Shown here: in pieces, positions 1 through 8,026 of the stretch | Numbering within the stretch: the stretch's first letter is position 1 | Layout: every line of letters starts with the position of its first letter | Assembly (NCBI GenBank): GCA_902800395.1 | Contig: CADCEC010000009.1 | Location: forward strand, 10,488 to 74,487 | Direction of reading: 5' to 3' | From: an uncultured Bacteroidota bacterium | GTDB taxonomy: Bacteria > Bacteroidota > Bacteroidia > Bacteroidales > P3 | Length of the DNA stretch: 64,000 nucleotides | Position numbers and translations under genes: made by a program | Notes under the pieces: model-generated | What the model saw: the letters and a program-made list of their open reading frames with translations, nothing else | Databases searched by the model: none | What the model was told of the DNA's origin: nothing

Positions 1-390
1 GCAGAGGAGGGAGCATCATTGTCTTCCGGTAGCCTGCGACTCTATGCGCTACCCTATGGCTGTGTCGATTTATACAACTACGACCCCTTGAACAAACGAG
101 CCGCCGTGGGAATTATGGTAACCACAGAGTACCGCCGTCAGGGATACGCCCTCGCCATGCTGAAAGCATTGGAGATGCAGTTTTCGGACGTACACGGGAG
201 TACGCCCCTACAACAATTCTACGCCGACATCGCCGTCACCAACACCGCTTCGCTGGCCCTCTTCAAGAAAGCCGGCTACACGGAATGCGGCCATTTCAAG
301 GACTGGCTCCTTGTCAAAGATAAATATGTCGATTCGATAAGAATGCAGAAAATATGGAGCGCCGGCTTCCAGCCAGCAGAAAAATTATGA
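1..390 (+). CDS. GNAT family N-acetyltransferase, 3' part (5' end outside the window)
   Basis: The frame is open from nt 1. It carries the GNAT-like motif VGIMVTTEYRRQGYALAML. The stop at 388-390 overlaps the next ATG (ATGA). Confidence 0.7.
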   Translation, partial: AEEGASLSSGSLRLYALPYGCVDLYNYDPLNKRAAVGIMVTTEYRRQGYALAMLKALEMQFSDVHGSTPLQQFYADIAVTNTASLALFKKAGYTECGHFKDWLLVKDKYVDSIRMQKIWSAGFQPAEKL

Positions 391-1322
391 AAAAAAGAAC
401 AAAAATCATACTGGCTGTAATAGTAACTATAGTGGCTATAGTTGCTATAATCTCTATCCTTCTCCTCACCGCCAAAACCACGAACGCCGAGCCCCACCGC
501 ATCTTCCTTCCCGAGGGCACCTCCCAGGAAGCCCTCGTCGACACCCTCCATGCACAAGGCATCCTCGAGGAAGGTCTAAACACAAAGATTTTCAACTTTC
601 AATTCTCAATTCTCAATTCCAAAGTGCGTCCGGGGTCTTATATCATCGACCCCCACATGAGCGAGCTCACCCTCGTCCGCCGACTCCGCAACGGCCAGCA
701 GAGTCCCATACGCCTCACCATCGGCAAGTTCCGCACACCGGAGCAGCTCAACAACTATCTCAATGGCAAACTCATGCACAACGACTTCAACATCCCGCTC
801 GACAGTTTCCACCTCATCCGTCCCAACACCTACGAGTTCTACTGGACCATTACCCCCGAACAGTTTATGAAGAAAATGGAGAAAGAGTATGAACGGAAAA
901 AAGTCGATAAAGAAACCATTATATTAGCATCCATCGTCGAGGAGGAGACCAACCACAACCCCGAGAAGCCGCTGATTGCCAGCGTTTACCTCAACCGCTT
1001 GAAGCGCAACATTCCCTTGCAGGCCGATCCCACGGTGAAGTATGCCGTCGGCGACTTCACCCTTCAGCGCATCCTGAACCGTCACCTCGCTGTGGAGTCG
1101 TCCTTCAACACCTATCTCCACACCGGCCTGCCGCCGGCACCCATCTGTCTCCCATCCGACGCTTCTGTCGATGCCGTCCTCAACGCCCCTGAGACAGACT
1201 ATCTGTTCTTCTGTGCCAGCGACCAGATGGACGGCACCCACCGCTTCGCCACCACCCTCGCCGAGCACAACCGCAACGCCGCCGCTTTCCACCGTGCCCT
1301 CAATGCCCGCGGCATCAAATAA
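387..1322 (+). CDS. mltG: Endolytic murein transglycosylase MltG (YceG-like)
   Basis: N-terminal TM anchor MKKRTKIILAVIVTIVAIV. YceG motifs LQADPTVKY, NTYLHTGLPPAPIC and DYLFFCA. I prefer the ATG at 387 over the ATG at 354, which lies inside the upstream gene. Confidence 0.85.
   Translation: MKKRTKIILAVIVTIVAIVAIISILLLTAKTTNAEPHRIFLPEGTSQEALVDTLHAQGILEEGLNTKIFNFQFSILNSKVRPGSYIIDPHMSELTLVRRLRNGQQSPIRLTIGKFRTPEQLNNYLNGKLMHNDFNIPLDSFHLIRPNTYEFYWTITPEQFMKKMEKEYERKKVDKETIILASIVEEETNHNPEKPLIASVYLNRLKRNIPLQADPTVKYAVGDFTLQRILNRHLAVESSFNTYLHTGLPPAPICLPSDASVDAVLNAPETDYLFFCASDQMDGTHRFATTLAEHNRNAAAFHRALNARGIK
594..620. repeat. (AATTCTC)n mini tandem repeat, in frame in mltG (NFQFSILNS)
   Basis: aactttcaattctcaattctcaattcc. 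It is the reverse complement of the repeat at 5081. Confidence 0.8.
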
Positions 1323-1352
1323 TCAGCTCCGAACTGTTAAAAAAACCTAAAT

Positions 1353-1384
1353 CTGCATTCTCTGATGCAGCGTTTTTGCCTTTT
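1353..1384 (+). terminator. Weak hairpin plus T-tract after mltG
   Basis: CTGCAT-tctctg-ATGCAG followed by cgTTTTTgccTTTTg. Confidence 0.35.
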
Positions 1385-1409
1385 GTCCGTCTATATGGGT
1401 AAAAAAACG

Positions 1410-1417
1410 TATATTTG
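1410..1417 (+). promoter_or_regulatory. Bacteroidota -7 promoter box TATATTTG
   Basis: Matches TAnnTTTG, 36 nt upstream of the ATG at 1453. Confidence 0.5.
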
Positions 1418-1452
1418 CACTTTATTATAAACAGGAAAAAAAATATAAAATA

Positions 1453-4056
1453 ATGATAAACAAACGATTCTCACTCGCCATTCTCTTCCTTCTTTGTGGA
1501 AGCATGGCATTCGGCCAGCCTTCATTCGGCCCTAGCGACCCCAGCGACCCAATCGACTGCGGCGAATACCAGTGGCCTCTTGTGCAGTCGCCCTGTCCCG
1601 AGGTGCAGATCAAGCAGAAGCACGACCACACCCCCAAGCCCCAATACCGTCACTACGGCTGGGACACCGTCATCGACTGCAACACCCGTGACGGTATCGT
1701 CCTCTCCTGCACTCCCTACATCCCTGTGCAGTACTTCAATGGCCAATACACCGTCGATGAGATTCCTTACAACCCGCCTGACACCACCTTCTATCTTCAT
1801 TACAACGCGGCCATTGATGCCAATAACCCATACAAAGTAAAAATGCCCATTTCCACCGACGATGACTTTGCTGCATCCTCGACAAACATTCCATATCCAT
1901 TCTATTTCTTTGGTATCCGAAAAAACTATTTCCGTATTGGAGCCAATGGACTGGTCACTTTTACCACCAACTTCGGTTCTGGCACCTCCTGTCCATGGAG
2001 CTATAGCGCCGCTCTTCCTTGGACACCTACCACCACTCAAACTCCTAGCGACGGAGCCACCAGTGCTAATTTCAACCGAATGCATGATGCCATCTATGGT
2101 GTCTATGAGGACACTTATCCCAGCCCCTCCACCCACGGTTCGGCCGGCGACCCGAATTGGGGCATCTACTACGGAGTGCTTGACGAGTATCCTTGCCGAA
2201 AAATCATTTGCTCATGGAATGATGTGCCTCAGTTCAGCTGTACTACCCTACGCTGCACTTACCAAATCGTCTGCTACGAAGGTTCCAACATCATCGAGGT
2301 ACATGTCAAACAGCGTCAAGTTTGTTCCTCCTGGAACGGTGGCCACGGCATCATCGGCATCCAGAATGCCACAGGTTTACCTCAGGTGAATCCCAACGAT
2401 AACAATCCCAACCCTGATTATAACCTCCCCAACGCCAGCGTCATCACTGGTTCTCCCGCTGCTTTCTATCCTGTGGGATACAATACTTTCGAAACCTCTG
2501 TCAACAATGTCGCCTTCCGTTTCACTCCCCAAGGCAACACCTTTATGCGCTCCCAGTGGTACCGTATCTTCGATGACGGACGCGACTCCGTTGTCCTTCA
2601 GGAATACGACCCCATCAACAACCCTACTGCCGTCAACGACACCAACGGCTATGTCATCCCCATGGATCCCGACAACACCTCCTGTCCCACCCTTACCAAA
2701 GCCTACGTCAAGCCTTCCATCCCCTCCAAATATGTCTACTCCCTCCGTTTCAAGAACGCCAACGGCGACTGGTACCGTCTCTACGACACCATCTTCATCG
2801 GTATCGATACCCTCAACAACCTCTCCCTCATCAAGAACGAAACCGAGGGCGACCCGCATGTCTACACCATCTGTCAAGGAAACACTGCCATGATGAGTCT
2901 CCAAATGACCGACATCCAGGACACCCAGTTCGTGGAATGGCACATCTACCGCGAGCGCAACGGCGAGCAAGTGGAGATGGATAATCCCCGCTCTCTGCTT
3001 CGCTTCGGTGCCATGTCCACCATCGACACCATCAAGACACTCCCCATCACCCTCAACACCTCTATGCTGCCCTCTTCCGGCACACGCAACCAGATTGACA
3101 ACATTTATATCCGTTCCATTGTCGAGTTCACCAGCGGATGCCACAACAACGACCTCCTGCTCTTAAGCATCTATCCCAACTTCGACACCACTTTCTATGA
3201 TGGCATCTGTCAAAACGACACCTACACTTGGAACCCCACCGATACCTACGGACACTCCTACACCCATACCTACACCGAGCCTACCGACCCCGCCACCACT
3301 TTTGAGACGCTCACCTCCGTCCCTGGATGCGACAGTACCGTCCGACTCTCACTAGCGGTCTCCGACGTCTCCCACACCATCGACCATATCGAAGACTGCA
3401 AACCCATCGTCTGGCTTAACGGACAGACCTACTCCCAAACCAATACCGCCACCTCCGCCTCCGACACCGTCGTCCTTAAGAACCGCTACCAGTGCGACTC
3501 CGTCGTGCAGCTCGACTTCACCCTCTATCCCCTCACGGCCCAGTTGCGCTCCAACGTCGACCACTTCACCTTCGACAATCTCGACGCCGTGCTCACCGAC
3601 ATCTCCATCAACGGCAACAGCCGTGTGTGGAAACTTCCCGCCATGGCAGACCAAACCACTCCCACCGCATACTACTCCATCCCCGTGGAGATGGACGGCG
3701 CGGAGATTCTCCTCATCGAAAGTAGTGAATACGGCTGCGTCGACACCGCCAGCATCTACATCCCTCTCAACAAAGAGAACTTCTGGATACCCAATATCTT
3801 CACTCCCGACAATCCCAACGGCAACAACCGTTTCGGTTCCATCAGTACCAAGACACTGAACCAGGAGATGCTCATCTACAACCGCCGCGGCGAGCTTGTC
3901 TTCCGCTGCGAAGGTCCCGACTGCACCTGGGACGGTCGCGACCTCAACGGTAAACCCTGTGTCCAGGACGCCTACGTATACATTATCCGCTACGCCAACG
4001 AATTCGAGCCCCATAACACCAAAGTGGCCAAAGGCACCGTAACACTCCTGAGGTAA
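1453..4056 (+). CDS. Large secreted protein with a T9SS type-B (gliding-motility-associated) C-terminal sorting domain
   Basis: Signal peptide MINKRFSLAILFLLCGSMAFGQ. C-terminus IPNIFTPDNPNGNNRF...LIYNRRGELVF...WDGRDLNGKP...YVYIIRY...GTVTLLR. Confidence 0.8.
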   Translation: MINKRFSLAILFLLCGSMAFGQPSFGPSDPSDPIDCGEYQWPLVQSPCPEVQIKQKHDHTPKPQYRHYGWDTVIDCNTRDGIVLSCTPYIPVQYFNGQYTVDEIPYNPPDTTFYLHYNAAIDANNPYKVKMPISTDDDFAASSTNIPYPFYFFGIRKNYFRIGANGLVTFTTNFGSGTSCPWSYSAALPWTPTTTQTPSDGATSANFNRMHDAIYGVYEDTYPSPSTHGSAGDPNWGIYYGVLDEYPCRKIICSWNDVPQFSCTTLRCTYQIVCYEGSNIIEVHVKQRQVCSSWNGGHGIIGIQNATGLPQVNPNDNNPNPDYNLPNASVITGSPAAFYPVGYNTFETSVNNVAFRFTPQGNTFMRSQWYRIFDDGRDSVVLQEYDPINNPTAVNDTNGYVIPMDPDNTSCPTLTKAYVKPSIPSKYVYSLRFKNANGDWYRLYDTIFIGIDTLNNLSLIKNETEGDPHVYTICQGNTAMMSLQMTDIQDTQFVEWHIYRERNGEQVEMDNPRSLLRFGAMSTIDTIKTLPITLNTSMLPSSGTRNQIDNIYIRSIVEFTSGCHNNDLLLLSIYPNFDTTFYDGICQNDTYTWNPTDTYGHSYTHTYTEPTDPATTFETLTSVPGCDSTVRLSLAVSDVSHTIDHIEDCKPIVWLNGQTYSQTNTATSASDTVVLKNRYQCDSVVQLDFTLYPLTAQLRSNVDHFTFDNLDAVLTDISINGNSRVWKLPAMADQTTPTAYYSIPVEMDGAEILLIESSEYGCVDTASIYIPLNKENFWIPNIFTPDNPNGNNRFGSISTKTLNQEMLIYNRRGELVFRCEGPDCTWDGRDLNGKPCVQDAYVYIIRYANEFEPHNTKVAKGTVTLLR

Positions 4057-4082
4057 GAACCAAGAAATAAGAGGTAAGAAGT
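4050..4082. repeat. (TAAGAAC/TAAGAGG)n mini repeat filling the T9SS-gene/asd junction
   Basis: gaggtaagaaccaagaaataagaggtaagaagt. It includes the upstream stop and ends at the asd ATG. Confidence 0.8.
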
Positions 4083-5099
4083 ATGAAGATTGCTGTTGTT
4101 GGAGCCACCGGCCTTGTGGGCCGTGAGATGCTCACCGTGCTCTCTGAGAGAGGATTTGGAAAAGAAGAGATTATTGTCGCCGCCTCGCCGAAATCCATCG
4201 GCAAGAAGATAGACTTTGCCGGACGCCAGCTCTTCGTCGTCTCCGTCGACGACGCCATTGCCGCACGTCCCAACTACGCCATCTTCTCCGCCGGTGCGGC
4301 AGCCTCGCGCCAATATGCGCCACTCTTCGCCGCTGCCGGCACTACCGTCATCGACAACTCCTCGGCCTGGCGCAAAGACCCCACCATCCCTCTAGTGGTA
4401 CCCGAGATTAACATCGACACCGCAACTAACGCATTAACGCAATCAAGCAATAACGCTATCATCATCGCCAACCCCAACTGCAGTACCATCCAGATGGTCC
4501 TCGCCATCTCCGCCCTGCAACGCGAATATGGCATCCGCCGCATCGTCGTCTCCACCTACCAAAGCATCACGGGCACCGGCATCAAAGCTGTCCGCCAACT
4601 CGAGGCTGAAGAGCGAGGAGAGACTCCCGCAGAGATGGCCTACCCCTACCCCATCCACCGCAACCTCTTCCCCCATGGCGGCGACTGGCTCGACAGCGGC
4701 TACACCACCGAGGAGCAGAAGCTCGTCGACGAGACTCGCAAGATTTTCGGCGACCCCACCATCGCTGTCTCTGCCACCGTGGCACGCGTCCCCGTAGTAG
4801 GAGGCCACAGCGAGTCGGTGAATGTGGAGCTGAAAAAGGAATACGACCTCGACGACGTACGCCGCCTCATCGGAAACACCCCCGGTGTAGTGCTCTACGA
4901 CGACCCCTCTAACAACATCTATCCCATGCCCATCACCTCGCATCACCGCGACGAGGTCTTCGTAGGTCGCCTCCGCCGCGACCCCTCTCAGCCCTGCACC
5001 CTCAACCTCTGGGTCGTGGCCGACAACATCCGCAAGGGTGCTGCCACCAACGCCATCCAGATTATGCAAGAACTTATCAAATTGAAAATTGAGAATTGA
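4083..5099 (+). CDS. asd: Aspartate-semialdehyde dehydrogenase
   Basis: MKIAVVGATGLVGREM NAD-binding fold and the active-site region IANPNCSTIQMV. Length is typical, apart from a repeat-derived insert at 4425-4456. Confidence 0.9.
   Translation: MKIAVVGATGLVGREMLTVLSERGFGKEEIIVAASPKSIGKKIDFAGRQLFVVSVDDAIAARPNYAIFSAGAAASRQYAPLFAAAGTTVIDNSSAWRKDPTIPLVVPEINIDTATNALTQSSNNAIIIANPNCSTIQMVLAISALQREYGIRRIVVSTYQSITGTGIKAVRQLEAEERGETPAEMAYPYPIHRNLFPHGGDWLDSGYTTEEQKLVDETRKIFGDPTIAVSATVARVPVVGGHSESVNVELKKEYDLDDVRRLIGNTPGVVLYDDPSNNIYPMPITSHHRDEVFVGRLRRDPSQPCTLNLWVVADNIRKGAATNAIQIMQELIKLKIEN
4425..4456. repeat. (TAACGCAT)-type 8-nt repeat, in frame in asd (TNALTQSSNNA)
   Basis: actaacgc attaacgc aatcaagc aataacgc. 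Confidence 0.8.
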
Positions 5100-5104
5100 G
5101 AATT
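5081..5104. repeat. (ATTGAGA)n repeat spanning the asd stop and ending at the next ATG
   Basis: attgaaaattgagaattgagaatt. A TGA recurs every 7 nt. Confidence 0.85.
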
Positions 5105-5668
5105 ATGAAATCCTATCACACCCTCCTTTCCTCTTTACTCCTTTCCCTCCTACTTCTCTCTGCCTGTAACGGCAGCGACAGCAATAGCGCCTCTACCTCC
5201 AACAAAATTGGCACTACAGAGACCAAAGAGGCCCCCGTTGGTGCCATTAATGAGGAGCGTACCTTCGCCAACAATGTCTGGAACTCGCAGAGTCCTGAGA
5301 TTTTCGTGATAGACATCACCGACTCCAACGCCTATTACAGCATAGAATTCACCGTAGCCATTGACACCGCCGTCTATCGCTACGAGACCGTGCCTTTCTA
5401 CACCGACATTTTCACCCCCGACGGTGCCCACCGCCACCTCACGCCCGAATTTCCCACCAAGCAGTATGGCCGATGGAAAGGCGAGATGCGTGACGGCTAC
5501 CGTATCATCAGCAAAAAACTATATGAGTACTTCCCCTTTAGCAAAGGTGGCAAACAGCGCATCGAGGTGCGTCAAGCCACCTCGCAGTTCGACCTCGAAG
5601 GCATCCACTCCTTCACCCTCAGCATCAAAAAAGCCGACCTCGATTTCGAAAAAATGAGAAACTCTTGA
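5105..5668 (+). CDS. Lipoprotein, possibly GldH-like
   Basis: Lipobox LLLLSAC. Size and pattern (W..., Y...ETVPFYTDIF.PDG) resemble GldH lipoproteins. This is weak, by-eye similarity only. Confidence 0.4.
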   Translation: MKSYHTLLSSLLLSLLLLSACNGSDSNSASTSNKIGTTETKEAPVGAINEERTFANNVWNSQSPEIFVIDITDSNAYYSIEFTVAIDTAVYRYETVPFYTDIFTPDGAHRHLTPEFPTKQYGRWKGEMRDGYRIISKKLYEYFPFSKGGKQRIEVRQATSQFDLEGIHSFTLSIKKADLDFEKMRNS

Positions 5669-7458
5669 TTGATAGCAGCATAAACCCCAACATCGACCGC
5701 ATCGCCTTGCGGCTGAAGACCATCCCCGAAAACCCAGGTGTCTACCAGCACCTTGACGCTTCGGGGAAAGTCATCTATGTGGGTAAAGCTCGCAATCTCC
5801 AGCGCCGTGTCGCCTCCTACTTCTCGCACTACGACGACAAGAGCCCTAAAATCAAGATGCTCGTGCGCCACATCTACGACACCCGTGTCACCGTCGTCGC
5901 CACCGAAGTTGACGCCCTGCTCCTCGAAAACTCCCTCATCAAACAATACCAGCCCCGCTACAACTCCATGCTCAAGGACGACAAGTCCTACCCCTACCTC
6001 TGCATCACTGACGAATCCTACCCCCGACTCCTCTATACCCGCCGCCACAATATCAAAGGCCAATATTTTGGCCCCTATCCCAATGGGCGCATTCTCCGCG
6101 AACTGCAGGACATCATCCGCCAACTCTTCCAATACCGCACATGTGATACCATGGGGAAAAGACCCTGCATGAAGCATCAGATTGGCCTCTGTGGAGCCCC
6201 CTGCGCCGGAAAGCAGTCGCGCGAAGACTATCTATCCACCATCGAGAATATCCGCCGCATCCTCAAAGGCGACTTCGGCGACATCGTCTCGGGTCTCAAA
6301 GAGCGCATGCTCGCCCTTGCCGCCGACCTCCGCTTCGAGGAGGCCGAGGCCGTCAAGCGGAAGATACACCTGCTGGAAGAATACCAGAGCCGTTCCACCG
6401 TGGTGGATGCCAACGTGAAAGATGTCGATGTAGTCTCCATCCTCAGCGACGAAAGATACGCCTATGTCAATTTCATGCGTATTAAAAACGGAGCCATCAT
6501 CTACAGTTTCTGCAACGAAATAAAGAAACAGCTCGACGAAAACGATGCTGAGATTCTCGCCACCGTGATACCCACTCTCCACCAGCAGACGGAGAGTACC
6601 GCCCGCGAGGTGATACTCCCTTTCCGCATCGACGACATCCCCGAAGAATACCTCAGCCAAAACACCGACCCCAAAGGCGATAGAAGAAAACTCCTCGAAC
6701 TCTCCCTTCGTAACGTAGAGAGCTATCAGAAACAATGCCGCCACCAGCGCGCCCTCACCGACGGCGAGACCGCCCCCAAAGCACTCAAGTTGCTGGAAAG
6801 TCTGCAAAAAACCTTGGGGTTGAAGAGTCTGCCCATCAACATCGACTGCTTCGACAACAGTCACATCCAAGGTGCCTACCCCGTGGCGGGAATGATACGC
6901 TTCACCTCTGGCAAACCCAACCGCAACGAATACCGCAAATTCAACATCAAAGGAGAGGGCAACGACGACTACGCCTCTATGGCCGAAGTCATTGAAAGGC
7001 AATATTCCAAGAACGCCCCACCCGATTTACTCATCGTCGATGGCGGCGAAGGACAGATGGAGATGGCTCGCAGCGTGCTACACGACAAACTGAACCTCGA
7101 TATTCCCATTGCCGGCCTCGCCAAAAACGACCGCCACCGCACCAACGAACTCCTCTATGGCTTTCCGCCTGCTGTCGTCCAGCTCAAACCCACCGACCCA
7201 CTCTTTCACTTCCTTGAGCAGATACAGAATGAGGTCCACCGCTTTGCCATCACTTTCCACCGCGACAAACGTTCCAAGGGAACCTTCCGCACCTCTCTCA
7301 CCGACATCCCAGGCATCGGCGAGAAAACCGCCCGCGACCTGCTCCTCCGCTTCGGCTCTGTCAAACAGATACAGATACAAACTCTCGCCGACCTCTCCGA
7401 CGCCATAGGTCCCGCAAAAGCCACAATAGTATACAATCATTTACATACATCAAAATGA
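5665..7458 (+). CDS. uvrC: Excinuclease ABC subunit C
   Basis: GIY-YIG motif GVYQHLDASGKVIYVGKARNLQRRVASYF and a C-terminal (HhH)2 region IPGIGEKTARDLL. It appears to start at TTG, overlapping the upstream stop. Confidence 0.9.
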   Translation: MIDSSINPNIDRIALRLKTIPENPGVYQHLDASGKVIYVGKARNLQRRVASYFSHYDDKSPKIKMLVRHIYDTRVTVVATEVDALLLENSLIKQYQPRYNSMLKDDKSYPYLCITDESYPRLLYTRRHNIKGQYFGPYPNGRILRELQDIIRQLFQYRTCDTMGKRPCMKHQIGLCGAPCAGKQSREDYLSTIENIRRILKGDFGDIVSGLKERMLALAADLRFEEAEAVKRKIHLLEEYQSRSTVVDANVKDVDVVSILSDERYAYVNFMRIKNGAIIYSFCNEIKKQLDENDAEILATVIPTLHQQTESTAREVILPFRIDDIPEEYLSQNTDPKGDRRKLLELSLRNVESYQKQCRHQRALTDGETAPKALKLLESLQKTLGLKSLPINIDCFDNSHIQGAYPVAGMIRFTSGKPNRNEYRKFNIKGEGNDDYASMAEVIERQYSKNAPPDLLIVDGGEGQMEMARSVLHDKLNLDIPIAGLAKNDRHRTNELLYGFPPAVVQLKPTDPLFHFLEQIQNEVHRFAITFHRDKRSKGTFRTSLTDIPGIGEKTARDLLLRFGSVKQIQIQTLADLSDAIGPAKATIVYNHLHTSK

Positions 7459-8003
7459 AAAAGAATATTTTTCTTGCAGTCACTTCTCTTCTGTTCCTGA
7501 CCGCTTGCGCCAACCAAGGACATAATACCGACAACGACGGTACCGTCGAATTTCGCTCACCTAAAGGCGACATCGTGGCCATCCGTACCATCAAAGGTTC
7601 CGACACCACATGGGCTTTCAACAATGCCCTCGGCGAATCCCTCATCCCCGGCACTGACTCCCTCTGGGTCATTGCTGACACCACCAACGGTCAGCCCAAA
7701 GAAGTCATCTTCTTCCACAAAGGGCAACAGACCATGCTCTCATTCTGGGACAACATGGAACGTATGGCAGAAGGCGACCTTGTGGATGGGCTCCGTCACG
7801 GCCGCTGGACGGGCTATGAACGCAATACCGGCAGGAAACAGTCAGAGACCGACTACAGCCTCGGACTGGAAAACGGTTCCTACACCGTCTACAACTACAA
7901 CGGTACTCCACGCATCGTCGGACAGTACGTCGACGGAAAAGAGACTGGCGAATGGTCGTTCTACGACCAGGATGGCAACCTCGCCGGCACCAAACAATAC
8001 TAA
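7455..8003 (+). CDS. Lipoprotein with MORN-variant (YwqK-type) repeats
   Basis: Lipobox FLTAC. Repeats GLRHGRWTGYE, NGSYTVYNYNG and GKETGEWSFYDQDGN. ATGA overlap with uvrC. Confidence 0.7.
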   Translation: MKKNIFLAVTSLLFLTACANQGHNTDNDGTVEFRSPKGDIVAIRTIKGSDTTWAFNNALGESLIPGTDSLWVIADTTNGQPKEVIFFHKGQQTMLSFWDNMERMAEGDLVDGLRHGRWTGYERNTGRKQSETDYSLGLENGSYTVYNYNGTPRIVGQYVDGKETGEWSFYDQDGNLAGTKQY

Positions 8004-8026
8004 CTCATTAACGCATTAACGCATTG
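8001..8026. repeat. (TAACGCAT)n 8-nt repeat between the MORN lipoprotein gene and the CCA enzyme gene
   Basis: taactcat taacgcat taacgcat tg. The first TAA is the upstream stop codon, and the TTG start follows directly. Confidence 0.85.

Noticed and set aside
354-386. Longer N-terminal extensions offered by the ORF track: mltG from 354, aroA from 13681, dnaG from 16775, hbd from 10375, phosphatase from 42910, the 43076 gene from 43663, the LuxR regulator from 49216, and GH3 from 49256.
   Set aside because: The extensions overlap upstream genes or promoter boxes. Each is followed by an internal ATG that yields a canonical N-terminus, such as a signal peptide, a TM anchor or a Rossmann motif.
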